Notes under the pieces: generated by a model
What the model saw: only the letters and a program-made list of their open reading frames with translations
Told to the model about the DNA's origin: nothing
Database searches by the model: none
Translations under genes and position numbers: made by a program
Shown: one piece after another, positions 48,680-59,615 of the stretch
Layout of the letters: each line of letters starts with the position of its first letter
Position numbering within the stretch: position 1 is the stretch's first letter
Assembly (NCBI GenBank): GCA_977018835.1
Contig: OZ361257.1
Location: forward strand, 3,596,001 to 3,660,000
DNA: 64,000 nt
DNA from: Minutocellus sp. GHC0000111
Taxonomy: Eukaryota
Direction of reading: 5' to 3'

Positions 48680-49020
48680 GGTCAGGCTCTCTATTCAATT
48701 GAGGCGAGGCGCCCGCTTCGGTTCCCCCTGTTCCCCGCCCACCGACGCGACCGATTTTGTGTGGTTGTGCGGTTGGGCGCTCGCTCGGTGATGTTCGGCG
48801 TTTGAATGGCAAATTGCGACTACGACGACTGGTATGCGAGCAAATCCCTGACACCAAGCAAACCCACGATGAAAGCAAACCCACCACGTTGCATCGCATC
48901 CAGAACCGCATGACCGCTATCACCGCTGATCACGCAAGAACATCAGGGTGATTTCCGAACCAAAACACACACGGGTAAGCCTTTTGAAGCCATCGCTGGT
49001 AGGAGAAAGGGCTTCATCAC

Positions 49021-50274
49021 ATGATACCATCAATGGCATCAGCACCTTCCCTCGTAGCTGCTGCCTCCGCCGCCGCTGCTGGACCAGCATCGGCTTCCTC
49101 GACGGCAGCAGCCGCAGTGGCCGATGTGAGCAGCTCCATCCTTGGAAACAAGGGATTTGTGGGATCGGCTTGGATTATATCCTCCGCCCTTCTTACCACA
49201 TACTCCACGACCAGCTTTCTGAAATATTCTGGCCCCAGGATTCACGACGAAATGGACGGCATAAGTAATCCCAAAAAGAATAAGAACGCCTTTGGAGATT
49301 TTTGGGCTCGTTTGAAGAGACGAGAAAAAGAGCAAGACGACGGAGCGGTCGACGTTGTTTCCATCGAAAGCAACCGTTCTGGTAATGCCCTGTCCCGTCC
49401 GACTTTGCTGACTCTGTACCGCTTCGCTGGATCTCTTTTCTTGGGACTGATTTTTCATCAACCCCTTTTGGCTGTAATGGATCGCGTCGGACAAACTGTG
49501 GCATCTGTGCCCCTATTTGCCCTCCCCGCCACATTCCTCTTTGTTGCCAATTATGCCAATTCCATATCGCTGGATCGGATTGGCATATCCTTGACGTACA
49601 CATCGAAATGTGGCATTCCACTTATAACAGTTTTGATGACGCTGCTTCTCGATGGTCCAGCCGCTCTGCCTTCTACTCTGACTCTCATGACACTCATCCC
49701 CATCGCCATGGGCATTGCAGCTGCCTCTTGGGCACACCCAACATTCGAACCTATTGGATTTGCTGCTGCGATGCTCTCCTGCGTTGCACAGGCAGCGCTG
49801 AACATTAGTAGTAAGAAGGTCATGACGGCCAGCGGCATCACTGGTGCTGACGCTCAGCGGGCGATGGTATGTGTTGCTCTTCTGATAACGTTATCAATGA
49901 GCGTTGTGAATCACATTCGGCACGTAAGCAAAGACCCGGCATTAGAAGGAGAGAAGGCCAAGATGGTCGAAATGACCATGGATCATACCGCAAAGAAGGT
50001 GCCCAAGGACCCACCGGCTTGGTTGGCTTGGTTTGCGGTTGTGAGCTACCACGTGGAATATATTTTATCCTTCATGTTTGTAAAGCTCGTCGAGCCCATA
50101 ACTTATGGAACATGCGATGCCATTCGAAGGCTTGCCATTATTGTTTCCGGCCACAAAATGTTCGGAGGGGAACCCTTTTCAAAGCTCAATTTGGCAGGCA
50201 TTGGAATGTCCCTACTTGGCGCTCTTGCTTTCGCGTTATCGAGCGCCAAAACTGTGGCAAAGATCAAACCTTAA
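49021..50274 (+). CDS. Triose-phosphate-translocator (TPT/NST) family transporter
   Basis: ISLTYTSKCGIP, TLIPIAMGI, GFAAAMLS and VEPITYGTCDAIRR. Confidence 0.85.
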   Translation: MIPSMASAPSLVAAASAAAAGPASASSTAAAAVADVSSSILGNKGFVGSAWIISSALLTTYSTTSFLKYSGPRIHDEMDGISNPKKNKNAFGDFWARLKRREKEQDDGAVDVVSIESNRSGNALSRPTLLTLYRFAGSLFLGLIFHQPLLAVMDRVGQTVASVPLFALPATFLFVANYANSISLDRIGISLTYTSKCGIPLITVLMTLLLDGPAALPSTLTLMTLIPIAMGIAAASWAHPTFEPIGFAAAMLSCVAQAALNISSKKVMTASGITGADAQRAMVCVALLITLSMSVVNHIRHVSKDPALEGEKAKMVEMTMDHTAKKVPKDPPAWLAWFAVVSYHVEYILSFMFVKLVEPITYGTCDAIRRLAIIVSGHKMFGGEPFSKLNLAGIGMSLLGALAFALSSAKTVAKIKP

Positions 50275-50433
50275 GTGCCCTTTATGCCATTCGAAAGTCA
50301 ATGTCTAATCACTGGGTTTAGACATTGTTATAGTAATGGACTTTACTTTTGTGTGTACACTACACGTATGGTGTTGCATTTAGCTTTTCTCGTTCAATAA
50401 GATATCCTTAAACGATTCCTTCGAATATGTATG

Positions 50434-51303
50434 TTAATGTTTGCTTCTCTCAAACTTAAGGACAACGCTTCGCATTTCACCTGTTTGAAACCAAGATTTG
50501 AGGCCCTCATCACATTCCACCACACCATTGAAGACCGCCATTAGCCAACCCGAATGACTCGCCACACCAATGTGCGTCTCTGATCGTTCCGACATCCAAT
50601 TCAAAAAGCTATAGATTCGCTCTCCAACTTCAGGTTTTGATTCACGTCGATCATCCATAAAGAGATCATCTTCTTCAGACTTAATCTGAGAGAAATCTAC
50701 CATCGGAAATTCTTTCTGTTGTAAACTTTTCGGTCTGCGCTTATCGCACGTATGGACTCCAGTACACTCTCGTACATCTTCGTGGGCAACGAAAGGGATC
50801 TCACCAACCAAGTGATCAAAGGCGAGGAGACCCGTTTGAATTGCCCGGCACTGAGAAGATACAACTACCATCTCGGGCTGGTTAGCAAATGACTGGGTTT
50901 TAGGTTGCAGAATAAGAGCTTGCTGCCTCCCTTTATCTGTAAGAGGTGCATCTAATATCTCAGGCATTACGTATGGATTTGCCTTGGTCTTGCTGTATTG
51001 CTCCCACTCTCTTCCGTCCTCCTTGGCAAGATCTGCAAGCAAATTATGAAATCCCTGTCCATGTCTCACGAAATGAACCACCTTGGCATTTGTGCCGTCA
51101 ACCTCGGGTGCATTTGGATCGTCAAGTGCGTAGGCCTTGACGGTAAGAGGGCGGCTGCGCATCGACAAGTACAGGTCTCGCATTGCCTGGTTCAGATGCT
51201 CGGCAGACTCCTTTTTGGACAGTTCGAGCGTGATGCTGTTGTGGTCAGTGGCAGCCGCCATTGTTGAAGCAGCGGCTTCTGCATTCGCCGACGCAGGGTT
51301 CAT
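50434..51303 (-). CDS. Histidine phosphatase / phosphoglycerate-mutase-like protein
   Basis: HFVRHGQGFHN, DAPLTDKG, HTCDKRR, SHSG and FQTGEMRS. Confidence 0.88.
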   Translation of the reverse strand: MNPASANAEAAASTMAAATDHNSITLELSKKESAEHLNQAMRDLYLSMRSRPLTVKAYALDDPNAPEVDGTNAKVVHFVRHGQGFHNLLADLAKEDGREWEQYSKTKANPYVMPEILDAPLTDKGRQQALILQPKTQSFANQPEMVVVSSQCRAIQTGLLAFDHLVGEIPFVAHEDVRECTGVHTCDKRRPKSLQQKEFPMVDFSQIKSEEDDLFMDDRRESKPEVGERIYSFLNWMSERSETHIGVASHSGWLMAVFNGVVECDEGLKSWFQTGEMRSVVLKFERSKH

Positions 51304-51619
51304 CTTTGTATTATGTAAATGGTTGGTTGGCAATCGTAATCAGTCGGCCCTCGACCAGCCCTCGACAAAAAAGACACGGTTTCGCCACGTCATTGATTCT
51401 GTATCCAACCAAGGCCTCGCGCTCCGGCAATTCGAATTCCAGACCCTCCTCTTTCTCTATCCCTCCAAGATATTTATCTTATACACCATCTATCAAAGAG
51501 CTAATGCACACTATGTGGATTCCATTACGTGTATGCTATTCATCTATTTTCAATTTGTACAGGATCCAGGGCATATCTGCCACAGAATCTTGAAACCATA
51601 CCCATCCTGAATGGTCGAC

Positions 51620-52674
51620 TTACATGGCAGACTTCAATTGCTCGCTCATGCGCTCCATTCGCTTCTTAGCCTCGGGATCCTTCATCATATCTTGCATCGC
51701 AGACATGTAGTTCTTAAAGGCAGGATCTTGTGCCATCTTGGCCATGTTCTTCTGAAAGACCGGATCAGCCATCAACTTGGCAGCCTGGGCCATCACATCG
51801 GGATTGTTCATGGCCTGCATCGCCTCAGCCATTTGGTTCTTGGCATTGTTCTTCAATTGGTCCTGTCCCTTGGTAAGCATGTGCTCCATCTGTGCCTCCA
51901 TCCGCGCAGCAGTGGCAGGATCCTTCATGGCCTCCCGTGCTTTCTTTGTCGACTCCTTGAAGTCCTTGGATCCCTCCAATTTCTTCATTTGCTTTTTGAA
52001 TTCAGGAGATTCCATCATCTTCTTGGCCTCGGCCATGAGCTCAGGATCCTGAACGACACGCACAACGAGCGAAGATATGAAATGAAGAACGAGATAGGAG
52101 AATGGCAGGAATGTGAGAATCGAGTAAAGGTAGAATTGATTGGAAAAAAAAATGCAAAGAGATATTGAAGAAAATAAAATGCTGCTCTTCTACATTGCGC
52201 GTATGTCGCATGAACACAGCTCATCAGCAGACCGCATCCGCAGAGCGCATACCCGCCTGTCATTTGATGGATCAATCAATAAATGGCTGTTGTTGAAGCA
52301 ATGGATATCAATCGATTGGTCGTATGTTGAACTTCCACGTCGATGTCGAATCCAGACTTTCCACAGAATTGAAAGAAGACCTCCAAACCAATCAAGCACA
52401 TCATGTGCAGCATCCAATAGGCGATCGAACTTGTCAAAAGATAGAAACGTGGTACCAGCAACACCACCGAGCACCACCAACGCACCTGCATATCCTGGAT
52501 GAGCTGCGCGAGAAGAGCGGGATCCTTGGCGGCCTGCTGCATTCCAGCCATGCCGGTCTGGATGTCGTACAGGGCGTCCTGCTCCTTGTTCTCTCCCCTC
52601 TTGTACTCAGCGGCGCTGACGCCGGAGGAGAGGAAGAGGATGCCGACGGAGGCGATGGCCTTGAAGAACTTCAT
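51620..52674 (-). CDS. Signal-peptide protein with STI1/DP-like Met-rich repeats (intron 52049-52485)
   Basis: MKFFKAIASVGILFL leader; repeated DP..M motifs (DPALL, DPELM, NPDVM, DPVFQ, DPAFK, DPEAK). Confidence 0.75.
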
Positions 52675-53080
52675 TGTTGTTATTGTGGGGGGTAGAGATG
52701 GGATTGGGTGCAACTTGACTTGGAATTGTGAGCCGATGTGGCGGCAAACATCGAAAACAAGCATGAGGCTGAGCGAGACGTCGGAGACGCACGAAGTTCA
52801 ACAACGTTGTACGTAGCTACGGATTCGTAGAGTCCGGGTTTCTTTGTCGTGCCGCGTGGAAGCTCTTGTAGGACACTGGTTACACGTTAAAAGCTAAAGC
52901 AAAGAGCCACGTGGCGATGAAGCGCAAACAAGCTCATTTCTGGCTCGGCTGGTCGTTGGCATTGGTCCAACGGTGGCGGCGTATCGTTACCCTTTCGGCA
53001 CCCCTTGTACCACCCATTTGATTCACATTTTATTCAAAGGCGTTGTGGTCAACCCCTGCTAATAATTGTAAGCAATCGCA

Positions 53081-54356
53081 ATGATGATGTTTGGATCACG
53101 AGGATCTCGTCCCTCGGGGGCACTTTACACGTTCCTTCAGTTGTGTGCCCTCCTGTCGCTGACCTTTGCCAAGGACTACTACAAGATCCTCGGCATTAAG
53201 CGATCGGCCACCGTCAAGGAGATCAAGAAGGCATACCGGATGAAGTCGCTGGAGCACCACCCCGACAAGGGTGGAGATGCCGAAACTTTCGCCGAAATTG
53301 CCCGTGCGTACGAGGTTCTCAGTGACGAGGAGACCAAGGAGACTTATGATATGCACGGCGAGGAGGGACTGAAGCAGCACGAGCAGGGTGGCGGAGGAGG
53401 CGGTGGCGATCCGTTCGAGGACATCTTCTCGCAGTTTGGATTCAACTTCGGCGGCGGTGGTGGGCGCCGTCGCCGCGACGAGGAGCAGCAGACCCCCTCC
53501 GTCGACCTGCCCCTCTACCTTTCCATGGAACAGCTGTACAAGGGCGAAATCATCGAGGTGGAGTACATCCGCGAGGTCCTTTGTCTCAACTGGAAGGAGT
53601 GCATGAAGCCCGCGCAGGAGTGTCAGGGTCCCGGCGTCCGCGTCAAGATGCAGCAGCTTGCCCCCGGTTTCGTCCAGCAGGTCCAGCAGCGCGACGATCG
53701 GTGCGTCGCCCGCGGCAAGATGTGGAGGCCCGGCTGCAAGGAGTGTCCGCAGGGCCAGACTCAGACCGAGAAGATCGATCTGACGCTCGACATTACCAAG
53801 GGCATGCGCCCCGGGGAGCGCATCACCTTCGAGGGCGTGGCCGACGAAAAGCCTGGATATTCCGCCGGTGACTTGAATTTCGTCATTTTTGAATCCGAGA
53901 ATGATTTGTTCCACCGCGATGGAGACCAGTTGTACAAGACCATGGAAATCCCACTGGTGGATGCATTGGTGAGTAATATGGATGGTGCTTCGTAAATGTT
54001 TGCTAGAAATGGTACTTTGATTTCCTCATTTCCTAAGTTTGCATTCATATCTCAATCCTCACACTCTTTAACCTCGCCCCAATATTTTCCGATTATGCTT
54101 TTAGACCGGATTCGAAATCGAGCTAACGCATTTGGACGGACACAAGTTCACTGTCAATGTCGATGGCGTAACAGAATGTGACCACGTTAGGCGTGTTCCT
54201 GGTAAGGGAATGCCGCGAAGGAGTGGACGTGGCTTTGGTGATCTTTATCTCACTTTTGAGGTGGATTTCCCCGATGAGCTGAGCCAGGACCAAAAGGATG
54301 CCATCAAGAAGATTTTGGGTGGCGGCAATGCTGCGTCTGGAAACGATGAGTTCTAA
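53081..54356 (+). CDS. DNAJB11: ER DnaJ co-chaperone ERdj3/DNAJB11-like (intron 53969-54104)
   Basis: Signal peptide, DYYKILG..HPD J-domain, G/F linker, QLAPGFVQQVQ, C-terminal NDEF. Confidence 0.88.
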
Positions 54357-54460
54357 TTTGCTACCTTCTACGTAGCTATTGGGCAAACACATATTCTCTT
54401 TGGCCTGTGATATAAAATTCTAAATTCAGAGAGATGGCATTTTTGAGAGTAGATCTACAA

Positions 54461-55129
54461 TTATTTATCTACAAGTACTTCTTCCCACTTTCCTCCTGCA
54501 ACACAAGCGTGAAAATCCTCCTCGCTTTCTTCTTTTTTTCGACTGAGACACATGACAACGAAGTATGATAGAGCTAGGCTCGATCCAACCGAAAGAAAGG
54601 CGCCAAATATTGAACCCCATTTTAGAAATAGGTCAACGATGCAGATCCAATTGAAAGCCAACCGCAACAATGCAGCCAAATGAATGATGATAAGCTTTCC
54701 GATGAAGCGGGTGCTTGGTATGATCTGTTTGACCGAGTCTCCTAGAACTGCTTTGAGAATGCATAGGGACTCAGATACACTTCCATGGAAAGATCGAGGG
54801 ATGCTTTTCTTCAGAACGTAAAGCATAAGGAGAGACGTTGTTATCAATGGAAAGGCATTGGATGAAGGAACCAGGAAGATGGAAAACGCAGTTGATTTGT
54901 CCCAGCCGATCACACGACATGCTTCACCTTCTACATGATATGTCATTATCGGAGACCGACTCCTATAGATTTGTGGAGGCATTTGACAAATGGTTTGGAC
55001 AAGGGAAAGAGCACACAGGGCTAAGAAGACGTTGTAGATTTTTCGATTTCTTTGGCTAAGTTTCGGTCTAGCCGAGGGCGTCACGACGAAGACACCCTCA
55101 TCGGAATCAATCATTGCTTCACTCATCAC
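54461..55129 (-). CDS. Multi-pass membrane protein, unknown function
   Basis: 222-aa ORF with about four hydrophobic segments. Confidence 0.5.
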   Translation of the reverse strand: MMSEAMIDSDEGVFVVTPSARPKLSQRNRKIYNVFLALCALSLVQTICQMPPQIYRSRSPIMTYHVEGEACRVIGWDKSTAFSIFLVPSSNAFPLITTSLLMLYVLKKSIPRSFHGSVSESLCILKAVLGDSVKQIIPSTRFIGKLIIIHLAALLRLAFNWICIVDLFLKWGSIFGAFLSVGSSLALSYFVVMCLSRKKEESEEDFHACVAGGKWEEVLVDK

Positions 55130-55522
55130 CAGATGTCATCTTATACTGAAGAGATCCTTTAGTTTCCAGAAGTACTCCCATTTATCGTGACTGAGTGCAC
55201 GATGCAATTACCTCCACGAAGAGGTGACAGGTGGATCTGTTTCGCTCGGTCGAACGAGTCTAGCTACGTAGGAGATGTGTTCTCTCCCAATATCATTTGG
55301 AAAAAAGAAGTGCATTGATATTTGATGAACTACGGTACGCACTTTGCCAATAGAGAGCAATAAGAATGTCGCCTATGTACATAGATGTTGATTAGATTTC
55401 TACAGTAGATCTACTTGCGCATTGCATTGCTTTCTTGTTGAGAGACCGCGTCAGCCAGCCAATTTGATCAGCCAGCCATTCGAGCTAGCCAATTCAGCCT
55501 GAGCTCACTCAACTCTCTGCTC

Positions 55523-56713
55523 TCAACCAGAAGCAGCAGCGTTCTCCGCCTCCTTCTCCTTGATCAAATTCTTGAGGAAAAACTCGTCGGCCTTGTAACT
55601 GCTTCGAACCATGGGACCACTCGCAACGTACTTGAATCCCAAAGCTTCCGCCTCCACCCTCCACTCATCGAATTTTTCCGGCGTAACATATTCCTTCACA
55701 GGCAAGTGTCGACGGCTAGGTTGCAGGTACTGACCAAAGGTCAGGACATCCACATCATTGGATCTCAAGTCTTCCATCGTGGCACGAATATCATCATCCG
55801 TTTCACCCAATCCCAACATTAGCGACGTCTTGGTTAGGGCGGTATCATTCACCTCCTTCACTCGACGGAGGACCGACATGCTCTGTTCGTATCCAGCTCT
55901 TCGATCTCGCACCCGCTTTTGCAATCGCTCAACAGTCTCAACATTGTGCGCATACACGTCCAATCCCGAGGTGGCCACCAGATCTACCAGGTCCATCTCG
56001 CCACGAAAATCGGGGGTAAGAGCCTCGACCAATATGTTGGGGTCCTTCTCCTTGAGCTTTTGCACCACACTACGGAAATGACCAGCGCCCTGGTCCTCAA
56101 TGTCATCTCGATCAACGCTGGTAAGGACCACGAAGTCCAGCCCCCACTTGGTCACAGCCGCGGCCACCTTCTCCGGTTCCTCAGGGTCCAATGGAGGGGG
56201 CGCACGGCTCGTCTTGACGGCACAGAAGGAGCAGCCTCTCGTGCAAGTATCGCCCATGATCATGATGGTTGCCGTGGCGACGTTGTCTTCTCCGCCACCC
56301 CAGCATTCGCCGATGTTGGGACACTTGGCCTCCTCGCAGACAGTGGCCAGGCCAAGCTCTCGGACGGTCGAGCGGAGGGCCTTGTAATTTTCCGACGTTG
56401 CCGGCTGGGCCTTGAGCCACTTGGGTTTCGGGAGGATACGTGCCGACTTCGGAGGCGCCTTGCGCCTCTTCACCGGAGTAGTCGTGGATATATTATTGCC
56501 GTCGTCTCCACCGCCACTGAGCGCAAAGTCGTGAATGTTGGCATCCTCCTCGGCAAGTCGTGTTCGTAGAGCTTCCAGTCTACCTCCGCCCGGTGATGAT
56601 GAGTCAGATGAGGCATTGGCAGACGTTTTCGTTACGGTTACTGTCGAGAGAGCACGCCGAGTGCCCGCAATACGCTGGGCGGCTCCAAGTATAGGGCGAG
56701 ATGTGCCGATCAT
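55523..56713 (-). CDS. lipA: Lipoyl synthase (radical SAM), likely mitochondrial
   Basis: [39 protein letters not shown] and VRSSY. Confidence 0.95.
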   Translation of the reverse strand: MIGTSRPILGAAQRIAGTRRALSTVTVTKTSANASSDSSSPGGGRLEALRTRLAEEDANIHDFALSGGGDDGNNISTTTPVKRRKAPPKSARILPKPKWLKAQPATSENYKALRSTVRELGLATVCEEAKCPNIGECWGGGEDNVATATIMIMGDTCTRGCSFCAVKTSRAPPPLDPEEPEKVAAAVTKWGLDFVVLTSVDRDDIEDQGAGHFRSVVQKLKEKDPNILVEALTPDFRGEMDLVDLVATSGLDVYAHNVETVERLQKRVRDRRAGYEQSMSVLRRVKEVNDTALTKTSLMLGLGETDDDIRATMEDLRSNDVDVLTFGQYLQPSRRHLPVKEYVTPEKFDEWRVEAEALGFKYVASGPMVRSSYKADEFFLKNLIKEKEAENAAASG

Positions 56714-57014
56714 TGTCAAATGAATGAATGTTTCACAGCAGCTCGTTGCCTTGTCCAACAAACAGTTTCCACAGCTGCTGCTGCTGAAGCTGCTGAAGTG
56801 AAGGCGTTCGTCGTTGCATGCATGGCGGCGAAGCCGATGAGCAGAGTTCTGAGTTCGGGAGTGAATAAATTGTCTGGCCGTCGTACGCCCCGGCTTCGCG
56901 TCCCGTTCGCGTTCGTCCCGACAAGGTTTCCACTCACTCATCGTTCTCGATCTTGATGATACGATCGATAAACTCAGGTGTTTTCATATTTTACCTGTAT
57001 TTTGTGGCAACAAC

Positions 57015-58361
57015 ATGAGGTTCGTATCGTCGGCTTTAGTGGCAGCGCTGCTACTTCCATGCGCACATGGCTTCTCCACATCAGCCCCACCAAACGCTGG
57101 CGGTGCTCATGTGAGCGATCGTGCCGAGTCGGTGGAATCCTTCAAGGTCATGGACGTGCTACAGAGAGCAAATGAATTGCAAGCAGAGGGGAAGGAGGTA
57201 CTGCACTGTGAGGTGGGCCAACCAGAGTCGGGGGCACCAAATTCCGTCGCGGAAGCTGCCATCGCGGCCTTGACCGGCCCACCCAGGGAGGTTATGGGCT
57301 ACACCGATGCCTTTGGGTTGCTACCCCTGCGAGAAAAGATATCGGCGCACTACAAGGCCAAGTACGGCGACGATGCCGTGTCCGATGAGAGTATCGATCC
57401 AAGTCGCATTGTGGTAACGACCGGATCGTCGGGAGGGTTTCTACTCGCCTTTACAGCATGTTTCGATGCGGGTGATTCCATTGCCATTGCCTCGTCTGGC
57501 TACCCTTGCTACCGAAATATTTCAGGCGCATTGGGCATTAACCTTGTCAATGTCCCAATCAATGAGGAGTTCAAATTGACTGCTACTGAGTTGCAAGAGG
57601 AAATTACACGACGAAAGGAGGAAGGACTCCCTCCCATCAATGGGTTGATCCTCTCGTCCCCATCGAATCCAACTGGTGCAATGCTAACGCCGAAAGAATT
57701 AAAGGAGTTGTGCGAACTTTGTGACAGGGAGAACATCCAATTTATATCAGACGAAATTTACCACGGAATTGTTTATGGCAAGGAAGAGGCCACAGCGCTG
57801 CAATATTCTGAGAATGCAATCATCATCAACAGCTTCTCCAAATACTACTCCATGTCAGGATGGCGATTGGGTTGGATGGTGATACCTGAGGCTCTGGTCG
57901 ATCCGATCAATAGGTTGCAACAGAATATGTTCATCAATGCACCAACCATTTCACAAACTGCTGCGTTGAAATGCTGGGACGCTGACACCTTGTCCGAATT
58001 GGAAGGTCATGTCGAGAAATATCGGACATCTCGGGGAATTATTTTGGCAGAGTTGGAAACGATCAAGGAAATTGACTCCAAAAATGTCGCTCCTGCCGAT
58101 GGTGGCTTTTACGTGTATGTAGACTTGGGAGAGGAAAACGTCGCACCAGGCTTAGGATCCATCGCCATGTGCAAAGCCCTCTTGGAGGAAGAGAATGTGG
58201 CGTTCACTCCAGGATCTGATTTTGAGGATCCGTCGGGAGTGCTTGGTGATCGTCGCTTCAGAATCTCGTACGCCGGAGGTGTGGAGACGGCAAAGCGAGC
58301 AATGGATAGATTTCATCGCTTCTGGCCAACATGGCTTCAGAGAGTAAAGAATGCTAGCTAG
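57015..58361 (+). CDS. Class I/II PLP aminotransferase (bacterial AspAT-like), plastid leader
   Basis: AHGF leader; EVGQP, TTGSSGG, SPSNPTG, SDEIYH and SFSKYYSMSGWRLGW. Confidence 0.88.
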   Translation: MRFVSSALVAALLLPCAHGFSTSAPPNAGGAHVSDRAESVESFKVMDVLQRANELQAEGKEVLHCEVGQPESGAPNSVAEAAIAALTGPPREVMGYTDAFGLLPLREKISAHYKAKYGDDAVSDESIDPSRIVVTTGSSGGFLLAFTACFDAGDSIAIASSGYPCYRNISGALGINLVNVPINEEFKLTATELQEEITRRKEEGLPPINGLILSSPSNPTGAMLTPKELKELCELCDRENIQFISDEIYHGIVYGKEEATALQYSENAIIINSFSKYYSMSGWRLGWMVIPEALVDPINRLQQNMFINAPTISQTAALKCWDADTLSELEGHVEKYRTSRGIILAELETIKEIDSKNVAPADGGFYVYVDLGEENVAPGLGSIAMCKALLEEENVAFTPGSDFEDPSGVLGDRRFRISYAGGVETAKRAMDRFHRFWPTWLQRVKNAS

Positions 58362-58388
58362 TTCATGCGTACGATTGGTATTACGTAG

Positions 58389-59424
58389 CTAATCTCGAAT
58401 AAGTTTATCAAATGCTAAACCAACTCCATATGCAAGACCTCCTCCAAAGCCGGCAATGATTAAAATTTCCATTGCCGCCTCTAGCATTCTTCCTCTCGTT
58501 GCCCACGTCTTTACTGCACCAACCAAAAGAAGAGCTAGGCCTGTTGCAACAGCCGCCGCGATGAGGCCATCGAATGGATCGTCGATGAACGCAAACGGGA
58601 GTACACTCGGCAAATTTCCCAGAAAGAAGAGGGCACATGATGTAAGTCCAGCCACCACTGGACTTCGACGTTCCTCTTCAACAACTCCAAATTCGAGTGC
58701 AATCATTATTTTCAATAGATCATCTGGATTCCGCTCGTAATGTGATAAAAGCTGCTGGCGCAGAGTACCAGTAGAAGCAGCCCCGTCTTTTGCTTCTTCC
58801 TCATCAATCTCTGAATCCTCTTCTGGTATTCCGATTAGCGATACAAGCTCTGACAATTCCAACAATTCATCGTTGCGATATTTCTCTATGTGCTTATTTT
58901 CCAGTGCAATTTCACCTCGGAGCACTTCGTCTTGACTCTTTGTGGCTACATATTCGCCAGCGCACATACTCACTGCTCCAGCAAGGGCACCTGCTATTGC
59001 TGTTAAAAGTATCTGTCGTTGAAAGGCCACCTCCTGCCACACCGGCAACAAGTAGAAAGGTTGATACCAACCCATCATTGACTGCAAAGTAGAGGATAGA
59101 AATTGAAATGTAAGTAGGGATCCCTCTAATGCAAAATCATGAGTGGACACGAACAATATACATGCATGGCTTACCACCAAGAATAATATCTCTCCAATAT
59201 TGCCGATGCTTTCCCAAGTGTTCCTGCGTTGCGGGCGAGTCGGTCGCCACCGATCGTGTGGAAGCGAAGCCTGATTGACCGTTCGAGGGGTTCTTGTTGG
59301 CGCGGTTCAAGCTACTGCTCAACGCCGCATCATCTGAGATATGAACGCTGCCATAGGATACTTCCGGTACGTTATAGAGCCTGCAATTGTCCGAATTCTT
59401 CATTGGTTGGTTCGTTCTTGCCAT
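58389..59424 (-). pseudogene. VIT1: VIT1/CCC1 vacuolar iron transporter with frameshift (intron 59082-59174)
   Basis: RDIILGVNDGLVSTF across the intron, and AGAVSMCAGEYVA in another frame; restored by adding 2 nt near 59011. Confidence 0.85.
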
Positions 59425-59615
59425 CTTGTAGAATGGCCGGTCCCCTTGCCCAAAGCGCCATTGCTGCTGGAGTGATGGAGTGATACCTAGGTAGGCCTAG
59501 CTAGAGTTTGTTTGGGGTGTCATGCAGTGGCGAGATGTTGTGCTACTCAAAAAGAAACCCGGAAAGTGGAAATGGCACATCTTGCGCTTTTTCCGTTTCA
59601 TTTCTTCTGAGAACC

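Noticed and set aside
43390..58361. Arogenate-pathway cluster (TyrA plus prephenate aminotransferase)
   Set aside because: The genes are 12 kb apart with unrelated genes between, and nothing visible identifies the aminotransferase as prephenate-specific.
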